From the NCBI RefSeq assembly GCF_002571385.2, contig NW_019217836.1, forward strand, positions 854,913 through 918,759: a stretch of 63,847 bases of DNA, given 5' to 3'. The notes below the pieces were generated by a model, which had not been told where the DNA came from, made no database searches, and saw only the letters and a program-made list of their open reading frames with translations. Position numbers and translations under genes: made by a program. Below, piece by piece: positions 13,670 to 26,680 of the stretch (positions within the stretch are counted from its first letter, which is position 1; each line of letters opens with the position of its first letter). This stretch comes from Stylophora pistillata (taxonomy: Eukaryota).

Positions 13670-16600
13670 ATGTCTGAGGAACAGTTACTTAGAGTTTTAG
13701 TTTCCTTGTTAATTATTGCCAGTGCAAGATATTTTCGTTTTGTCAATTCAAGTGGAGAAGATAGTATAGTGGCAGATGTTTTCAATGAAACGACAATTAG
13801 TCGCATCGCGTTCGGAAGTTGCAGGTAAAGGGCTAGAAATTATGTACAAAATGGCGTCACCGCTTTGCTCCTTTTCCCAATTTTCGCCTTCTTTGCTATT
13901 CTTCCCTTCGGTGAAGTCATATTTTTACTATACGACATCGGAATTGTATTTTAGTTACTATAAGTCTGTAACATATTCTTTTTATCACCTAACCGGTGTA
14001 CTTGGTGCACGTTAGAAATCTACGCGAGCCGTAAAGTGTTTTCATCATGCAATGAACTCGAGCAATGATGTACTGTGTATGTTCCCCTTTTTTTACCTCA
14101 CAGGAACGTTTTATGTGTGTGGGGTTTTTTATTTCATTTTTTTATTATATGCTGCACATTTCAGTTTCCCCAAGAAGCCTCAACCATTGTGGAAACATAT
14201 ATCAAGTCAACGACCAGATGTATGGGTTTGGCTGGGAGATGGTATGTCTTAAGAGAGAGGACAGCAAAACAAGATCTCAAAAATACCAGGCTTACCAAAT
14301 TTATTTCATGAAATTCCTCCCCTGAATAATTTCAGCTCCTGATTATATGCCATAGTTGTAAGCAAAATTACCACTTTATGGTGGCACCCTAAAATAAACA
14401 CTATTCCCAATCAGAAGAGTGCAATGTTTATTTGATTAAAAAGTAATAATGATAACAGTTGTAATCCACTCCATTCTTGTTGTAATTGTATATCACTAAT
14501 CAGATGATTATGATTCTGTCTCAGCAAAGAAATATGACACTGGAACTTGGAACAAGTTTATATTTTACTTTATACTGTATTTACCTGTAATTTTTGTCTT
14601 TGATGATTTTGAATGATTGTTATCCTCAAAAACACACTACCTCAAAGAAAGGCTGCTTTGAAATTAAAAAATGCAAAAGAGGCTTGTCACCAACTTTCCG
14701 ACGTCCATCGAATATTAACAAGCAGAATATCACATTGAAAAAAATTATTCAACATAACTTTTTAGACATTTGATTATTGATTGTGGAAAATGAGATTATC
14801 TTGCATTCAGTGCTTCCTAAGCAATCCACTGAAATGAGATTGATGCAACTTCAGATTTTTAATCAATCAATATTTGATTTTGTGTGTTTTAACAGCTGTG
14901 TATGCTGATACCAAAGTAGTACCACTTCTGTGGACTCCATCTCCTCTTGGTGAAATGGTTGAAAAATTTAATTACTTAAAGTTCTCGTCAGAATATCAGG
15001 TGTGATGCATGCATATGTATAGGTGTTATTGGATACTGTGATGTTATTGTTTCAAGAGTTTGACATACAACCAAGAACTGTCATGAATACTATGCTTATA
15101 TTATCTATTTTGTTTTACCCTTTGACCTTAAGAGTGATTAGAGTCCAAATTCTCCTTATGGTATCCCCCCTGAATCACACATCAAGGTCAGGGGAATAAA
15201 GGATATCATCACCAGCCAGTTGCAGATCCAGACCTTGAGCTAAGAGGGGGAGGGAGGTGACAATTTTTTTTTTTTTTTGTACACCTGCTGGCTTTTCTTC
15301 CTTCTGGGTTTATTTTTTTACCCAAAATAAGGGGGGGGGGTGCTCAGGCCTCCCTGGACCGCTCCCCTAGATCCACCTCTGCCAACTAAAGAAGCTGTTG
15401 ATTGTTAAGCAAATTCTCCTCATTAGCACGTTAGGACATGTATAGAGAACAGTATGGAGAATATGCATACTGATGATCAGGTGTGAAGGGTTAACATTAT
15501 AGTCTATTAATTAAAACTTCATGCTAGGAATTCCTCCGAAGTGGCATTAAGGTTTTGGGTGTGTGGGATGACCATGACTATGGAATGAACAATGGAGGAA
15601 AGGTTAGTTATTTATCATCATTACACTTTCTTTGCATCTTTGCTTTTGAAATAGATATATACTTAGAATGATTTAGGGAATAGCAACTTACTCCTAGTCA
15701 ATAAATGCTTGGAAAAGCCAAATAAGCTCTGGCAGTATGATTTTACTCATTTCATGTTCTCAGGCTGACCTAACCTTTCTACACAGAGGAGTGAATGTGG
15801 AGTAGAGAAATTTTGTAAGAAATAGACAACTTTTTTGAGAGACATGTTTCGGCATGCTTATGCCATCTTCAATCAATGAGTAACAGAACGGAGTAATTAT
15901 ACAACAGACATTCAAGTAGATGAATAAAATGTTTACAGTATGATGTATGAAATATTTATACATATGTTCATCTATTTGTCTGTCATATAATTACTCACTT
16001 TCTGTTACTCATTGATTGAAGATGGCATAAGCATGCCTAAACATATCTCTCAAAAAAGTTGTCTATTTCTTACAATATTTATCATACTTGCTACTACTAA
16101 GACCTTATAGTAAAGAAATTGTCAATAAATAAATTATGATATCATTTATATTTTCAGCATTATAAAGATCGGCTTCAAGCCCAAGGTGTTTATTTAGATT
16201 TTCTGGATGAACCCTCAGAGAGCATACGACGCAGGCGAGAAGGCACTTATGTTTCATACAGCTTTGGTAGCGGCAGTAGAAGAGTTAAGGTGGGAATAAC
16301 TTCCATACAGGTTTTTGTTTTTCACCACCCAACTGCTCAGTAACCTGTTCAGGCGTGTTTGACACACGTTTTAAGAAATTTGATCAGAAATTGTCTCCTA
16401 AAACTGAGAACTAAAAATGACACAGTTTAATCAGTTTGAGGCCACAGTGCAACAGGGTAGTGTTGTTCTATAAGTTCCATTTTTTTGTTCATTTTTTCTT
16501 AGAAAGAGATGAGTTTTGTCCAGTTTTTCTATAATCATGATTATCTCTTTTTTTTTCCTTAGCTTATTCTACTTGACACTCGTTCGCATCTTAAATGGGG

Positions 16601-19600
16601 CCCAGAGTGTGATATATTAGGAGCAGAGCAGTGGTCATGGTTGGAGATGCAACTTAGTGATCCAAATCCAGTTGCACTTAGTATCATTGGCAGTGGAATA
16701 CAGGTAAAATAACACTTGAATTTCTCAGTTTCATTTCCTAGTTTACAATTATATTGATTTTTATTATTGCTATCATCCCCATCATCAAAGAAATATCATC
16801 ATAATTAACACTAGCATTATCACATAATGGTTCTTTTATTTTTTATTTTTTTTGTACATAGCATTCAGACTCTATACATACATCTACTGAATGATTTTCC
16901 TGTTTATACATATTTTGTATACTGCAAGTTCTTTCCTAGGAATTGTGAGAGGCTAAAAGTACTCATGTGTACTCCTGGTTAGAGAGTGTGACCCTGTGTT
17001 ATTCATGATATAGATGGCAGAGACTACATTGTACGCTAGATTTATTCTAAAGTCACTATGGGCCAGTTATTTAGACAAAGTTTAGCCGTTGTTTAACAAA
17101 ACTGCGTTCTAAGCTATCTTCAGTTTGGCCAAACCTTTCATCTGAACATTTATTTTTGCTAATAATGTCAAGAGGGCGGAAAGCTAATAGTGGAAGGACG
17201 TTTATTTCATTCAATCTACCCTCTTACAGAGAATCCCTAAGGCTCACTGCTTGCGTAAAAATGCCGTTTGGGTTAGAGCTTGTGTAAATAACCGGTCCGA
17301 CGAACTTGTTGTTTTTCCAATGCAGAGGGGAGATGAGCTTGCACCAAAAAGAAAAAAAAAGTAAACAGACTTTATTTTATGTAGAATTCACAGAGGTAGC
17401 ATTGCTTTAGGCCACTCGGCCAAACTGCCTCTACTGCCTCCAGTTCATTTTCCTTGCAACTCTCCTGTACAGGTGATTTCAGACGTTCCCTATACGGACA
17501 GATGGACTGGTTGCCCCTCAAGCTATGATCGTTTAATTTGGCTCGTACAAAGGAATCCACGGGTAGGAATATTTAGCCCCGTAAAAACGTCTTTTGAGTG
17601 TCGAGGCAGTTGTTTATCAATAAGGAACAGTAGGTATACAGTGACGCACTACGTTTAGTTCACAATGCGAGTGCATCAACTTTTTTAAAACCAACAGGAA
17701 ACATATGGGGCCAACTTTATTGATGAACGAACTATCAGCTTATTTTAAAGATCTTTTTTCACGGATCGATTTAAAGGTGGTGTGGTCAGTAGTTGATTCC
17801 TGTTTTCCAAAGTTCTAGTTTTCCAATGCAGCGGTGAGTACATCTGGGCAGTTACGAAGAGAACTCATGGATTCTCATCTCTACTCTTTAATACATGATT
17901 TCAAAGTATAACAGAAATGGTTGCGTACAATTATGCAAAGGTTTCTGGACAATAAGCGACAATTTAAATATCGTAATGTTAAACGCTAGTCTGCATACAC
18001 CAGAGCACCTTTTTTTCTTGAGTTATTTTTTTTGTGTGTGTGTTTCGTTACTTTATTTTTTTTTAATCCCAGTCTCCTTGATGATCCTCATTCTCATTAC
18101 AGGTGATTCTTATCAGTGGAGATGTCCATTTTGGGGAATTTTCTTGTCTCAATAGCACCAGCACGGGTAAGATGAAGCTCAGTTTACAATTTGTTTCGCC
18201 TGCGAAAAACCATTTTTCACGTAAAAGAAATTGTATCTTAGTTTCCAATTCGTGAAAATAATAAAAGTAATGTCCTTGTTAAAGTTACTTGCTTCCGTCA
18301 GCTAACAGTTGCTCTGAGTATTTAGTAAAAAACTAGCAATGAAGAGGAGCTGCATGTGACTCTACAATTGCATTACCAGCTTAGCGCATTCATAGCTTCC
18401 CATGCTGCTTACAGTTGCATTTTCCGTTCATCTTTGGACGGCTTCTTTCAGGATATCCTCTTTATGAGGTAACTTCTAGCGGACTCACTGCCACGTGTGT
18501 ATCTTGGATGTCAAAAGCCACGTGCCGCTGGCTTCTAGAGTGAGTATATAAAGCAACTTGTTCTTTTTCCAACTCCTATCTCAGCATCTCCAATTAACTT
18601 AAACTTTCCGCGGTTTTAAACGCATCAATTTGTAAAAGAAAATTAATTCCGGTCAATCTCAACGTTGACATCGCTGGAAAAGGGAATTTTTAACTTTCCT
18701 ACGCTTTGTCATACTTGTTACACTGAATAAGCTCTAAAACGTGGACAGAATAAGTAGAGAATCAACGGAACTTGTTTCGGTAAAAACATCCTCACAACCT
18801 TAAGAACGCTGGGAGATTCTGGTTTTGACAATCCTTCCATACAACCTCGACGACCTCACGCTTTTAAATGTTAAAAATAAACCTGGCGAGTACATCGAGT
18901 ATTCATGGGATCGGCGAATTTTGAAATTTTTATACGCGTTTGTCGAGAGGAGCTGAGAATCGTCGAGTTCTTGAAAAAGAGTCACGGAATTTTTTAGATA
19001 ATTAATCCTCTCCACCCGAAAATTACCATTCATTTTCTCCACAATGATCTATTTCTTCCGGTACTCACAAGGAGAATTTCTGTGACAATCGTGAATTTGT
19101 TAAATTGATGATCATTTCATTTTATTCATGACCTGTACATTTGATTTAAAGGCGATACTGTAAGGAAAAAATAGAAGCCAGACACACTCAAGGGTTAAAG
19201 GGCTAAGTGCCGGCTCAAAGACCCTTTGAAATATACAAGGGATCATTTATAATCACTGATACCAAAACGTACAATGGACTCCTTTTCTTGTCGAGATTTG
19301 ATACCAGTCGATAACTCACGTAGATCGGCGAGTCACGAAATACAAATCTGTGGCAAGACAAACATTCTTTGTTTCAATCTCAATACAGCTATTTCAAAAA
19401 ATATCCAAGTATACAACTTATTTCTATCTCATACAGCTTACAATGCCTTGTAAACTGTATGGGTGACAGTTCATTTTTTGCGATCTGGGCCCTTAACAGC
19501 CTCATTCGGTACCTGCCAGGAGTATTCTTCATCTTCATTTTCACCTAATGTGTCCAAGTAAGCGTTGGTGGTATAGTGGTGAGCATAGCTGCCTTCCAAG

Positions 19601-21874
19601 CAGTTGACCCGGGTTCGATTCCCGGCCAACGCAGTACGTTTTTTGTTTCATGATATTATCATCTTCCTAGTTTTTTCCTTTCCTTTCTGTTTAACTCGTG
19701 ATGCGTAATCAGGTATCCAACGGTAATTTTCGACCAAAAAATATATCACCCTTCGAAATGCGGTATCGAAATACATCTAGAGGATTTTCCTCTGAATAGA
19801 GATTTTAGGCGAGTCCATTTGAGTAAAAGTGGAGAGACTTTGTGGTGATCCGAGAGATTAAAACTGAGAAACAAAAGACAATTTTAGTTCAAAGCAAATC
19901 AAGATGAAGTAAATGAAACAACTGTCATTAGTTGAAAATAGTAGTCCTTCCATCAGAAATTGAGCTTACTAAAAAAAAAAAAACAACCGTTTGTTTAAAA
20001 TTATGAACTCTCACCGTCCCGATTTTTAGGATGAATGATATATTTCTTCGTTTGTAATAAGTTTTCGGATTTTTTATTTCCTCTAGAAAAAAGGGATTAT
20101 ATAAAGGGCATCTTAGGCAAGCTGTTAACAGTTCCGGCTACAAAACAGACTCTTCCATTTTCGTTCAAAATACAGTTATAGTTGGAGTGGGTTAAATATA
20201 GTTTGAGTTCTCAGTTAAATTAACTAAATGTATTGAACAACCGTACTAAGAGGTCACCCTGTATTAAAGTGGTCGGTTTTCAAAGTCCCGCAACTTTTTC
20301 CCCATAATTACTGTAATTTTCACCCCTATTAATTGGTCATCCTGTATTAAGCGCCATTCCCCGTGGGTGATTGCCTAGCACAGGCTCGACTGTAGTTTGC
20401 GATGTCATTAAGTTTAATTCAAGTCCAGTTTTGTATGTCTATAGGATAAATTCATTATTTCTATTACTTTTTTTCCTATAGGAACGTTTTAACATCCTCG
20501 AAACGTACTCATCCGTTTATAACTGAACTAAATTACGGTTTGATTACTATTCACTGGAACGATCAACCAGTAAGTACTGTATGGCTGTATGGTGTGATTG
20601 AGTGACAGTCCTTTACATGGTGTTTAATTGAGCCCAAAACAGCTGTAGCCCTGAGCAAACCAAAAAAAAAAAAAACTATCAATGGTTCTATCATGATGAT
20701 ATTTACTATTCAAGAAATTTGAATGAACGGTATTACATTATTCATTACAAACCCCTGACTGAACCACCTCGAATGTTCTTTGACCTGATTTATATCTCTA
20801 TACAAGGGAACCAATACTATCAGGCGTAGGCAATACATTCAAACTATGAAATAGAATAGTTTTTTTTTTGTTATTATCTTAGTCGTTTTTTTTTTTTTTT
20901 TGCTGCGGATTAGATTCAGATAAGTGTTTTTAATCTCGCCGATGTAAACCGGATAAGGGAGCACTAGAATTGTTGTTCATGTCCCCCATTAGTTTGTGCC
21001 AGCTGAAGATCTTACGTGATGACTAGCTAACAGCCGAACCGACAAAACATTTTTGATCTCGTCTCTTTTTCAGATCTCCATTGCAGTAGAAGTACGTGGA
21101 GAAACTGGAAGTTATCTCAAGCAAACTATATCTTTAGCTCATTTAGAGAAGGTTAGCATGGATTAACACGGCCCACTTATTTACTGTCTTATGTTATTGT
21201 TCCTTTTTTTTTGTTTTGTTTTTTAGCTTTTTTTGTTATTTACTTCTTTTTTATTAATTTATTCATTATTTTATCTCTTTCTTCTTCTTCTTCGTTTTTT
21301 TGGACTCCATGTTTATAATTTCAAAAGGAGAGCGGGGTGTTGATCAAAGTCTTGACAGTTCTTAGCAACACTATCATCCCATAACGTGCAACTGAACCCC
21401 AAACAACCAACAACCAAGAACCAAAAATAATTTATCTGCGTTTCTGTTAACTCAAAAGTTTTATTTTAATTTTTTTTTCTACTACTTTTCTTTTCTCGCT
21501 CATTACAGGCAAGAGATGCTAACCGATGTCCACAGAAATTAGAAGATCCTCCAGTTATCAAGAAAAATTTATTTTACGCAGCAGCTATTTGCGTACTTAC
21601 GACTATCTTTGTGGGGCTGCTAAGGTATAGTTTTTGGAACACATACAGATGAATTGTGCATTACTCTCTCTCCAAAAAGTCTGAGGTTCGACATGAAGAG
21701 TAACATACTTTCTTTGCCATTATTTTTTTCAGGCTCATTATCTTCATTCTCAAAATAGTTTTAACCAGGATTGTGTTCCCATTGCTTGGAATATCTCTTC
21801 AGTCTTCCCCTAGCTCTAGTTCGAGCTTGCAACGAACCAAACACAAAAACAACAAAATCATCAAATCGGAATAA
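13670..21874 (+). CDS. PhoD-family (alkaline phosphatase D-like) metallophosphoesterase, 449 aa, with an N-terminal hydrophobic signal and a C-terminal transmembrane segment
   Basis: Exons: 13670-13824, 14165-14241, 14896-14999, 15528-15602, 16158-16289, 16563-16703, 17473-17562, 18103-18166, 18452-18539, 20482-20569, 21074-21151, 21509-21624, 21733-21874 (1350 nt, in frame). Motifs RIAFGSC, WLGDAVYAD, WDDHDYG, LLDTR, LGAEQWSWLE, ISGDVH, YEVTSSGLT and NYGLITIHW. Confidence 0.92.
15813..16075. mobile_element. Inverted repeat (~98-bp arms) carrying a Penelope-type minimal hammerhead motif
   Basis: Arms 15813-15910 and 15977-16075. The minus strand of 15841-15872 reads TTGAAGA-T-GGCAT-AAGC-ATGCC-GAAAC-AT-GTC; the right-arm copy is mutated (CCTAAACATATC). 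Confidence 0.65.
19562..19633 (+). tRNA. tRNA-Gly (anticodon TCC), in intron 9 of the PhoD-like gene
   Basis: GCGTTGGTGGTATAGTGGTGAGCATAGCTGCCTTCCAAGCAGTTGACCCGGGTTCGATTCCCGGCCAACGCA folds as a complete cloverleaf with A and B boxes and a T-run terminator a few nt downstream. Confidence 0.97.
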
Positions 21875-24800
21875 CTGACTTGTGTGGAAATAGGACAAAG
21901 TAGGAGAGGAAGGAACTGCTGCAATGGCAAGAGACTGCCCACAACTTTTGAAATTTAACCATTTATGACGATATATTTTAACTTATAATCCATCAAATAT
22001 TTTTGTTCGCGCGCGATTGGCCTAAACGCATCTCGTGGACGAATAATCCTCAGCTAAAACTGGCGTGGAGGATATACGAGGATATTACCCAATTCAGGAT
22101 AAGAGGGCGTTTTATGGTTATTACACAAGAGGGGAAACATTTGTTCATAAAGTCGTAACAGAGAACAATCAAAAGAAAACTCCCCATACTGCAAACAGTA
22201 AGTTGTTTAGAACCAAGTTTTCGCGTGCGTTGCAAAATATTTGAAAGATAATAAACACAATCGTCTCTATTTTGAGCCAAAATATGCTCGAGCTTCGCTC
22301 CGAAAAACTGTCACATCTTGGAACAGATAATTTTCGCTGGCAAGTATTCTTGCATATTTTCACGCTATAGAGAGGGTATTGTTAGATATTTTAAAAATGA
22401 AAATTGTCCTTATTTGTAATGTAAGTATTTTTTAAATTTAAATCCTTTCTATTTAAAACTCTTTTCATTGTTTTATTGACGGAGGATATTTATTGATTGG
22501 TTTTTACGTGAAGAGAGCTACGTTCTTCAAAATTGAATTTCGTCTCACCATTTATCAATTCAATGCCAATTTTTCTAAAATTTTTGAAGTTTAGAATTTC
22601 TACATCTAAATATTTATATCAATCGAGTAATCAAATTTTTTCTTCGTCTCACTGGCTCGTTGCCTGTGACGCAAGACAAACAAAGCGCACTTATAAACCG
22701 TTTAACGTCTCAGAGGTGATACTAATTGTCCTTTTTAGATGGTTCAGATAATTTTGTGTTACATGTAGAAAACATCCTCTTTCTTATAAGTTTAGCTGCT
22801 TACATAATTATTTCTTGGTGTTTTGAGATCTGCAAAGAAAGTGAGGTTCTGAGTCGTCGTCTCTTTGGTTGCGTGCATGGAATTGTGGGAATTCCACGAC
22901 ACTTGCACGCGCTCCCTGTTCGCTGCACGCCGCCAAGGGAAAAACGAGAAGTGGAAAAATAGACCGAATCCACACGTTTTCAAGCTAATTTAGAAGTTAC
23001 TTCAAACCTCCTCAAATAAATTGTGTTGGTAATATATCTGTGGTCCCAGTTAATGACTGTTTATTTCGCCATAAAGAGGGAAATTTTATTAACGCCTACT
23101 GGGAGACGCGGTGAAATATCACGTGGCTGACTTTGTTACGACTTCGTATGTTGTAATGTACTTAAATTTACCGGAGGACAACGTCAGTAGTGTTTCCTTG
23201 GCTGACTGTGGTTTTTTTCCGTCATGTTTCTTGAATAGCTACAGATTGGCTCAAAAGTGACGATTCACTCAGTCTAGTCTTTTATCTCCTTGGTAATTTC
23301 GCTTTAATTCTACGCTATTTATCTCAAAAGTTCAGCCGAATTTCATATGAGCTCATTTTTTTTCTTTTTATTCTTTTTTTTTTTTTTTCTTTTTCATGAT
23401 AAGTGAAATCCAACTTATAAACAGAGCTTCTTCTATTTCCTCGGAATGTTTGACACTTACTGAAGAATATTTTTTGTCATAAATTCGATATGACTGATGG
23501 TTAATTTCGTAAATTCCAACCTATATCTCAGTCCAGATGGAAGCTTAATAATTCTTTCCAACTCTTGCCTCCCCTTAGATCGCTTTTAACTGCACTGAAG
23601 TTAACTGCGGATCCAAACAGGAAACGGTACAATTGTGATAAAATAATACGAATATCGAATGAATCTAGGACAGTGTGGGACTTTGGTTCACTTTTCTGTA
23701 GAAATCTTTCTTATCAGGCTGTAGATCACAAATATATTAAACGTAGACCGTTTCCACCCATTCTTTTTCCTCTGGTAAGATTTAGTGGTGCAAATTTACC
23801 AGAGAGTGAAACGTGGCAAAAATGATGTTATTTTCAATAAAACTATAGACTCGTGAAACATTTTTCCTTAATTTTCTCTGTTTTTGTTTGAACTCGTCTC
23901 CTTCAAGATTAAACATAGACATCCATCTTCGAGTCGTTATTTACTTCAATTGTATAGAAGGAATATCAATTTTGCTAGATTAATTAATTAACACACACAG
24001 CAACCTATTTCATGATAAATATTTTCCCGGCTCTTCGTCATAAAGTCGATCGAATGGCAGAAAACGGTTTTTCTCGGTGGGCAGCGAGGATGAGCTTTAG
24101 TGCAAATCTCAGGATGTATTTGCTACCAGTGATACATTTCAATTTCACACCTAGCCTTTAAAGCCCTCTGGGGAATCTCATACTTGCTGTTCTAAGGAGA
24201 TGTTTGCACTGGCACTATCGAGGGAGATCAATAAGCTGATTGAAGGGCGTAAAGGGTTGATAAAATCCTCTGATTGATGTTAGCTAGGTTGCCTTCAGTT
24301 GAGTCTCTGCTACAGCACGTCGTCTTTTGCAAAGATTTTTTTTTTCATTCAAATAAAGGAATTAAAAAATTATGAAGCTTTCTTAAATTAAATAGACATT
24401 TCATATGTCAAGAAAGAAAAATTCAAAATCAAATTTTTCATAAATGAGGGTTGCCAAATCTAATAAGCCTCTTTAAACAGAACAAGCTTAAGAACAAAGA
24501 AGGAAGAGTTTCCCGTTTGAGTCATCAGTGCTTGTTTACTAAAGAGGCACTGTTTATACGGGCCTTTGTTTAAGATAAACGACCACCGACTCAGGCGTTC
24601 CGATTCATCGCAATTTTCGAAAGCATCGGCAGTATTCATCTGTTTTACCGTACTCGTAAGCACTTAGTAGCAGCATAATGCCTGAAGCCATGGAAGAGAA
24701 AAATCAAGTCCGATTGCAAAAATGACTTGGGTAGGGGTCGGATTCAGTGGGGAATCTGCAAGTGGCAGTGAAACATGTTTATCATCCAAAAACCGATTGA

Positions 24801-25254
24801 TGGTCTCCACTCTTCTATATTAATAAATTTAACATAAATCTATTCTACTCTTTTAAGAAAACAATTATCCCTTGTTGTCTTCAGTTTAACTTGATTTTTG
24901 ACCTAATTTGAATTTTAATAATGTGTTTCAGAGCAATTTAAAACATGCAAACAATTGACATTGAACTGAAAAGCTCACTTCGTTTTCTGCCAGCAAATAA
25001 TTGCTAATCAAACACTTGTTAGTTTAAGACAGATGGCAAAACAGAACAAAAAAAGAAAAAGGAGAAACGTAACTCTTTAGGAACCCATAAATCGATGGAA
25101 TCAGATAAGATCTAAGAATATCTCAAAATAACTCTCATCAGTGAGATAGCTAGCTGGTAGGATTTCAACTGAAATGACGAATTTTGACAAGTGCATTTTT
25201 AGAAGATACACACGGTTTTCCACTGTTAATTTAACATTGATGGTCACTTTATAA

Positions 25255-25405
25255 CAATTATTCCATCTCATATCCAAAAAGCGCGAGTGGAATAATTGTT
25301 TAATTAAAAACGCCCCCAAGAAATTATTTTGTAAGAAGAAACCGGATTTTTTAGCTCCCTTTTGATTTTAAGCTGACGCGTACGCTTACCATATTTGTAG
25401 ATTAC

Positions 25406-25451
<46 letters not shown>

Positions 25452-25490
25452 GGAATTGCATTATCCAATGACCTAGTTTTTAATAATTAT
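25255..25490. repeat. Dispersed non-autonomous repeat; second copy at about 44705-44965
   Basis: Both sites share ggtatattggctcatataccataa...gctaag..aataaaaagtct.gaattgcattatccaatga. Confidence 0.7.
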
Positions 25491-25840
25491 AACTGTTTAT
25501 GTGTTATGATCGAGAAAATACGGACAGAACTGTTACCTGCCCGAGATAGGTTTTTCTCAACGAATAGAGCTAGAAGCTGACAAAACCACATAACTTTACC
25601 TTATAGCACGAAATCTCCGTCAAACTCGATCTACGACTAAACCCTCCCGAAACTCAAAGAACTTCTTTGTCTGCCAAATTAATTTTGCTTGCAGCTGTAT
25701 AAATTGATCATATCCCACGGCTGTTTTTAAATAAACTAAGCTCGAGGACCAATTTCAATTAAGGGCAATTTTAAGGAGTAAACATATGGCAAGTGCCCTT
25801 GTTGTTAATAATAAAATATAATTCAATTTGCGCTCTTGAG

Positions 25841-25848
25841 TATAAAAG
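25841..25848 (+). promoter_or_regulatory. TATA box of the small secreted peptide gene
   Basis: TATAAAAG lies 100 nt upstream of the ATG at 25941. Confidence 0.55.
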
Positions 25849-25940
25849 AAGAGAAAAGAAGCCTTAATCACCACAAGGAATTTGTTTCGGTGCGAATTAG
25901 GCAGCAAGGTTTGACAAGAAACTGACGACGACCCACAGAC

Positions 25941-26680
25941 ATGAGAACCTTTGTTGTGTTCTGCTTTTTGATGGCTTTCGTGATGGCCTCCCAAGCGCAG
26001 AGAGAGGCTACAGAAATGGACGAAGACGAGTCAGCAGCCTTTAACGAGGAGTTGAAACTCGCCTCTGGAGCTGAAGATGTCCCTGAATTCATAAAAGACT
26101 CAGAAAATCCAGCTGTCGGTCAGTTTGCCATTTCTTGTTAGATTTTATTTCGTTTTAATACTGTCTAAAACTCTCTCGCTTTGGTTCTTTCTAGTTTGAT
26201 GGTCTATAATTAAGGGCCTGAATGAAAAGAAAGATGGTCAATTTTCCTCGCTCACTTGTTAGATATTTCAAATTAAATGTAATTTTACATTGACGAAAAG
26301 GTAGCATGCGAGCTACACTTCCTTCGATGGCTACTAGGTACGATATATTCCGTTCAGTTCAGAAGATTGGCCCATTCAGGGCACTACGCTACTTGGAAAT
26401 AGAGAGTTCAGCCGGCAAACAGTTAAAAAACCAGATAAATTTGAATCTGATGCCTCCTTAAATTCAAGAGATGGACCTGAAAAGACCACTGTGTTAATTC
26501 TTCCGGTGATAAGCACGAAAACCCCAGATTATCTCCAGAACAAATTTTACACAAGTTGTTATCAAAACCGTCACAAGAAAAGCAGATCGTGATGTTCACA
26601 TGGAAATAATTCCTAAATCAGGACTTTCTCGCTGATCATCTGTTGTTGTTTTTCCACTTACAGACGCAAGGAAGAAGTAA
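25941..26680 (+). CDS. Small secreted acidic prepropeptide-like protein (64 aa, 2 exons)
   Basis: Exon 1 is 25941-26118 (donor G|GTCAGT) and exon 2 is 26664-26680 (acceptor ttttccacttacag), giving MRTFVVFCFLMAFVMASQA-QREATEMDEDESAAFNEELKLASGAEDVPEFIKDSENPAVDARKK*. TATA box upstream; AATAAA at 26718-26723. Confidence 0.72.

Noticed and set aside
13670-21874. Bacterial contamination or recent horizontal transfer of phoD
   Set aside because: Twelve spliceosomal introns containing host repeats and an animal-type tRNA show long residence in the host genome.
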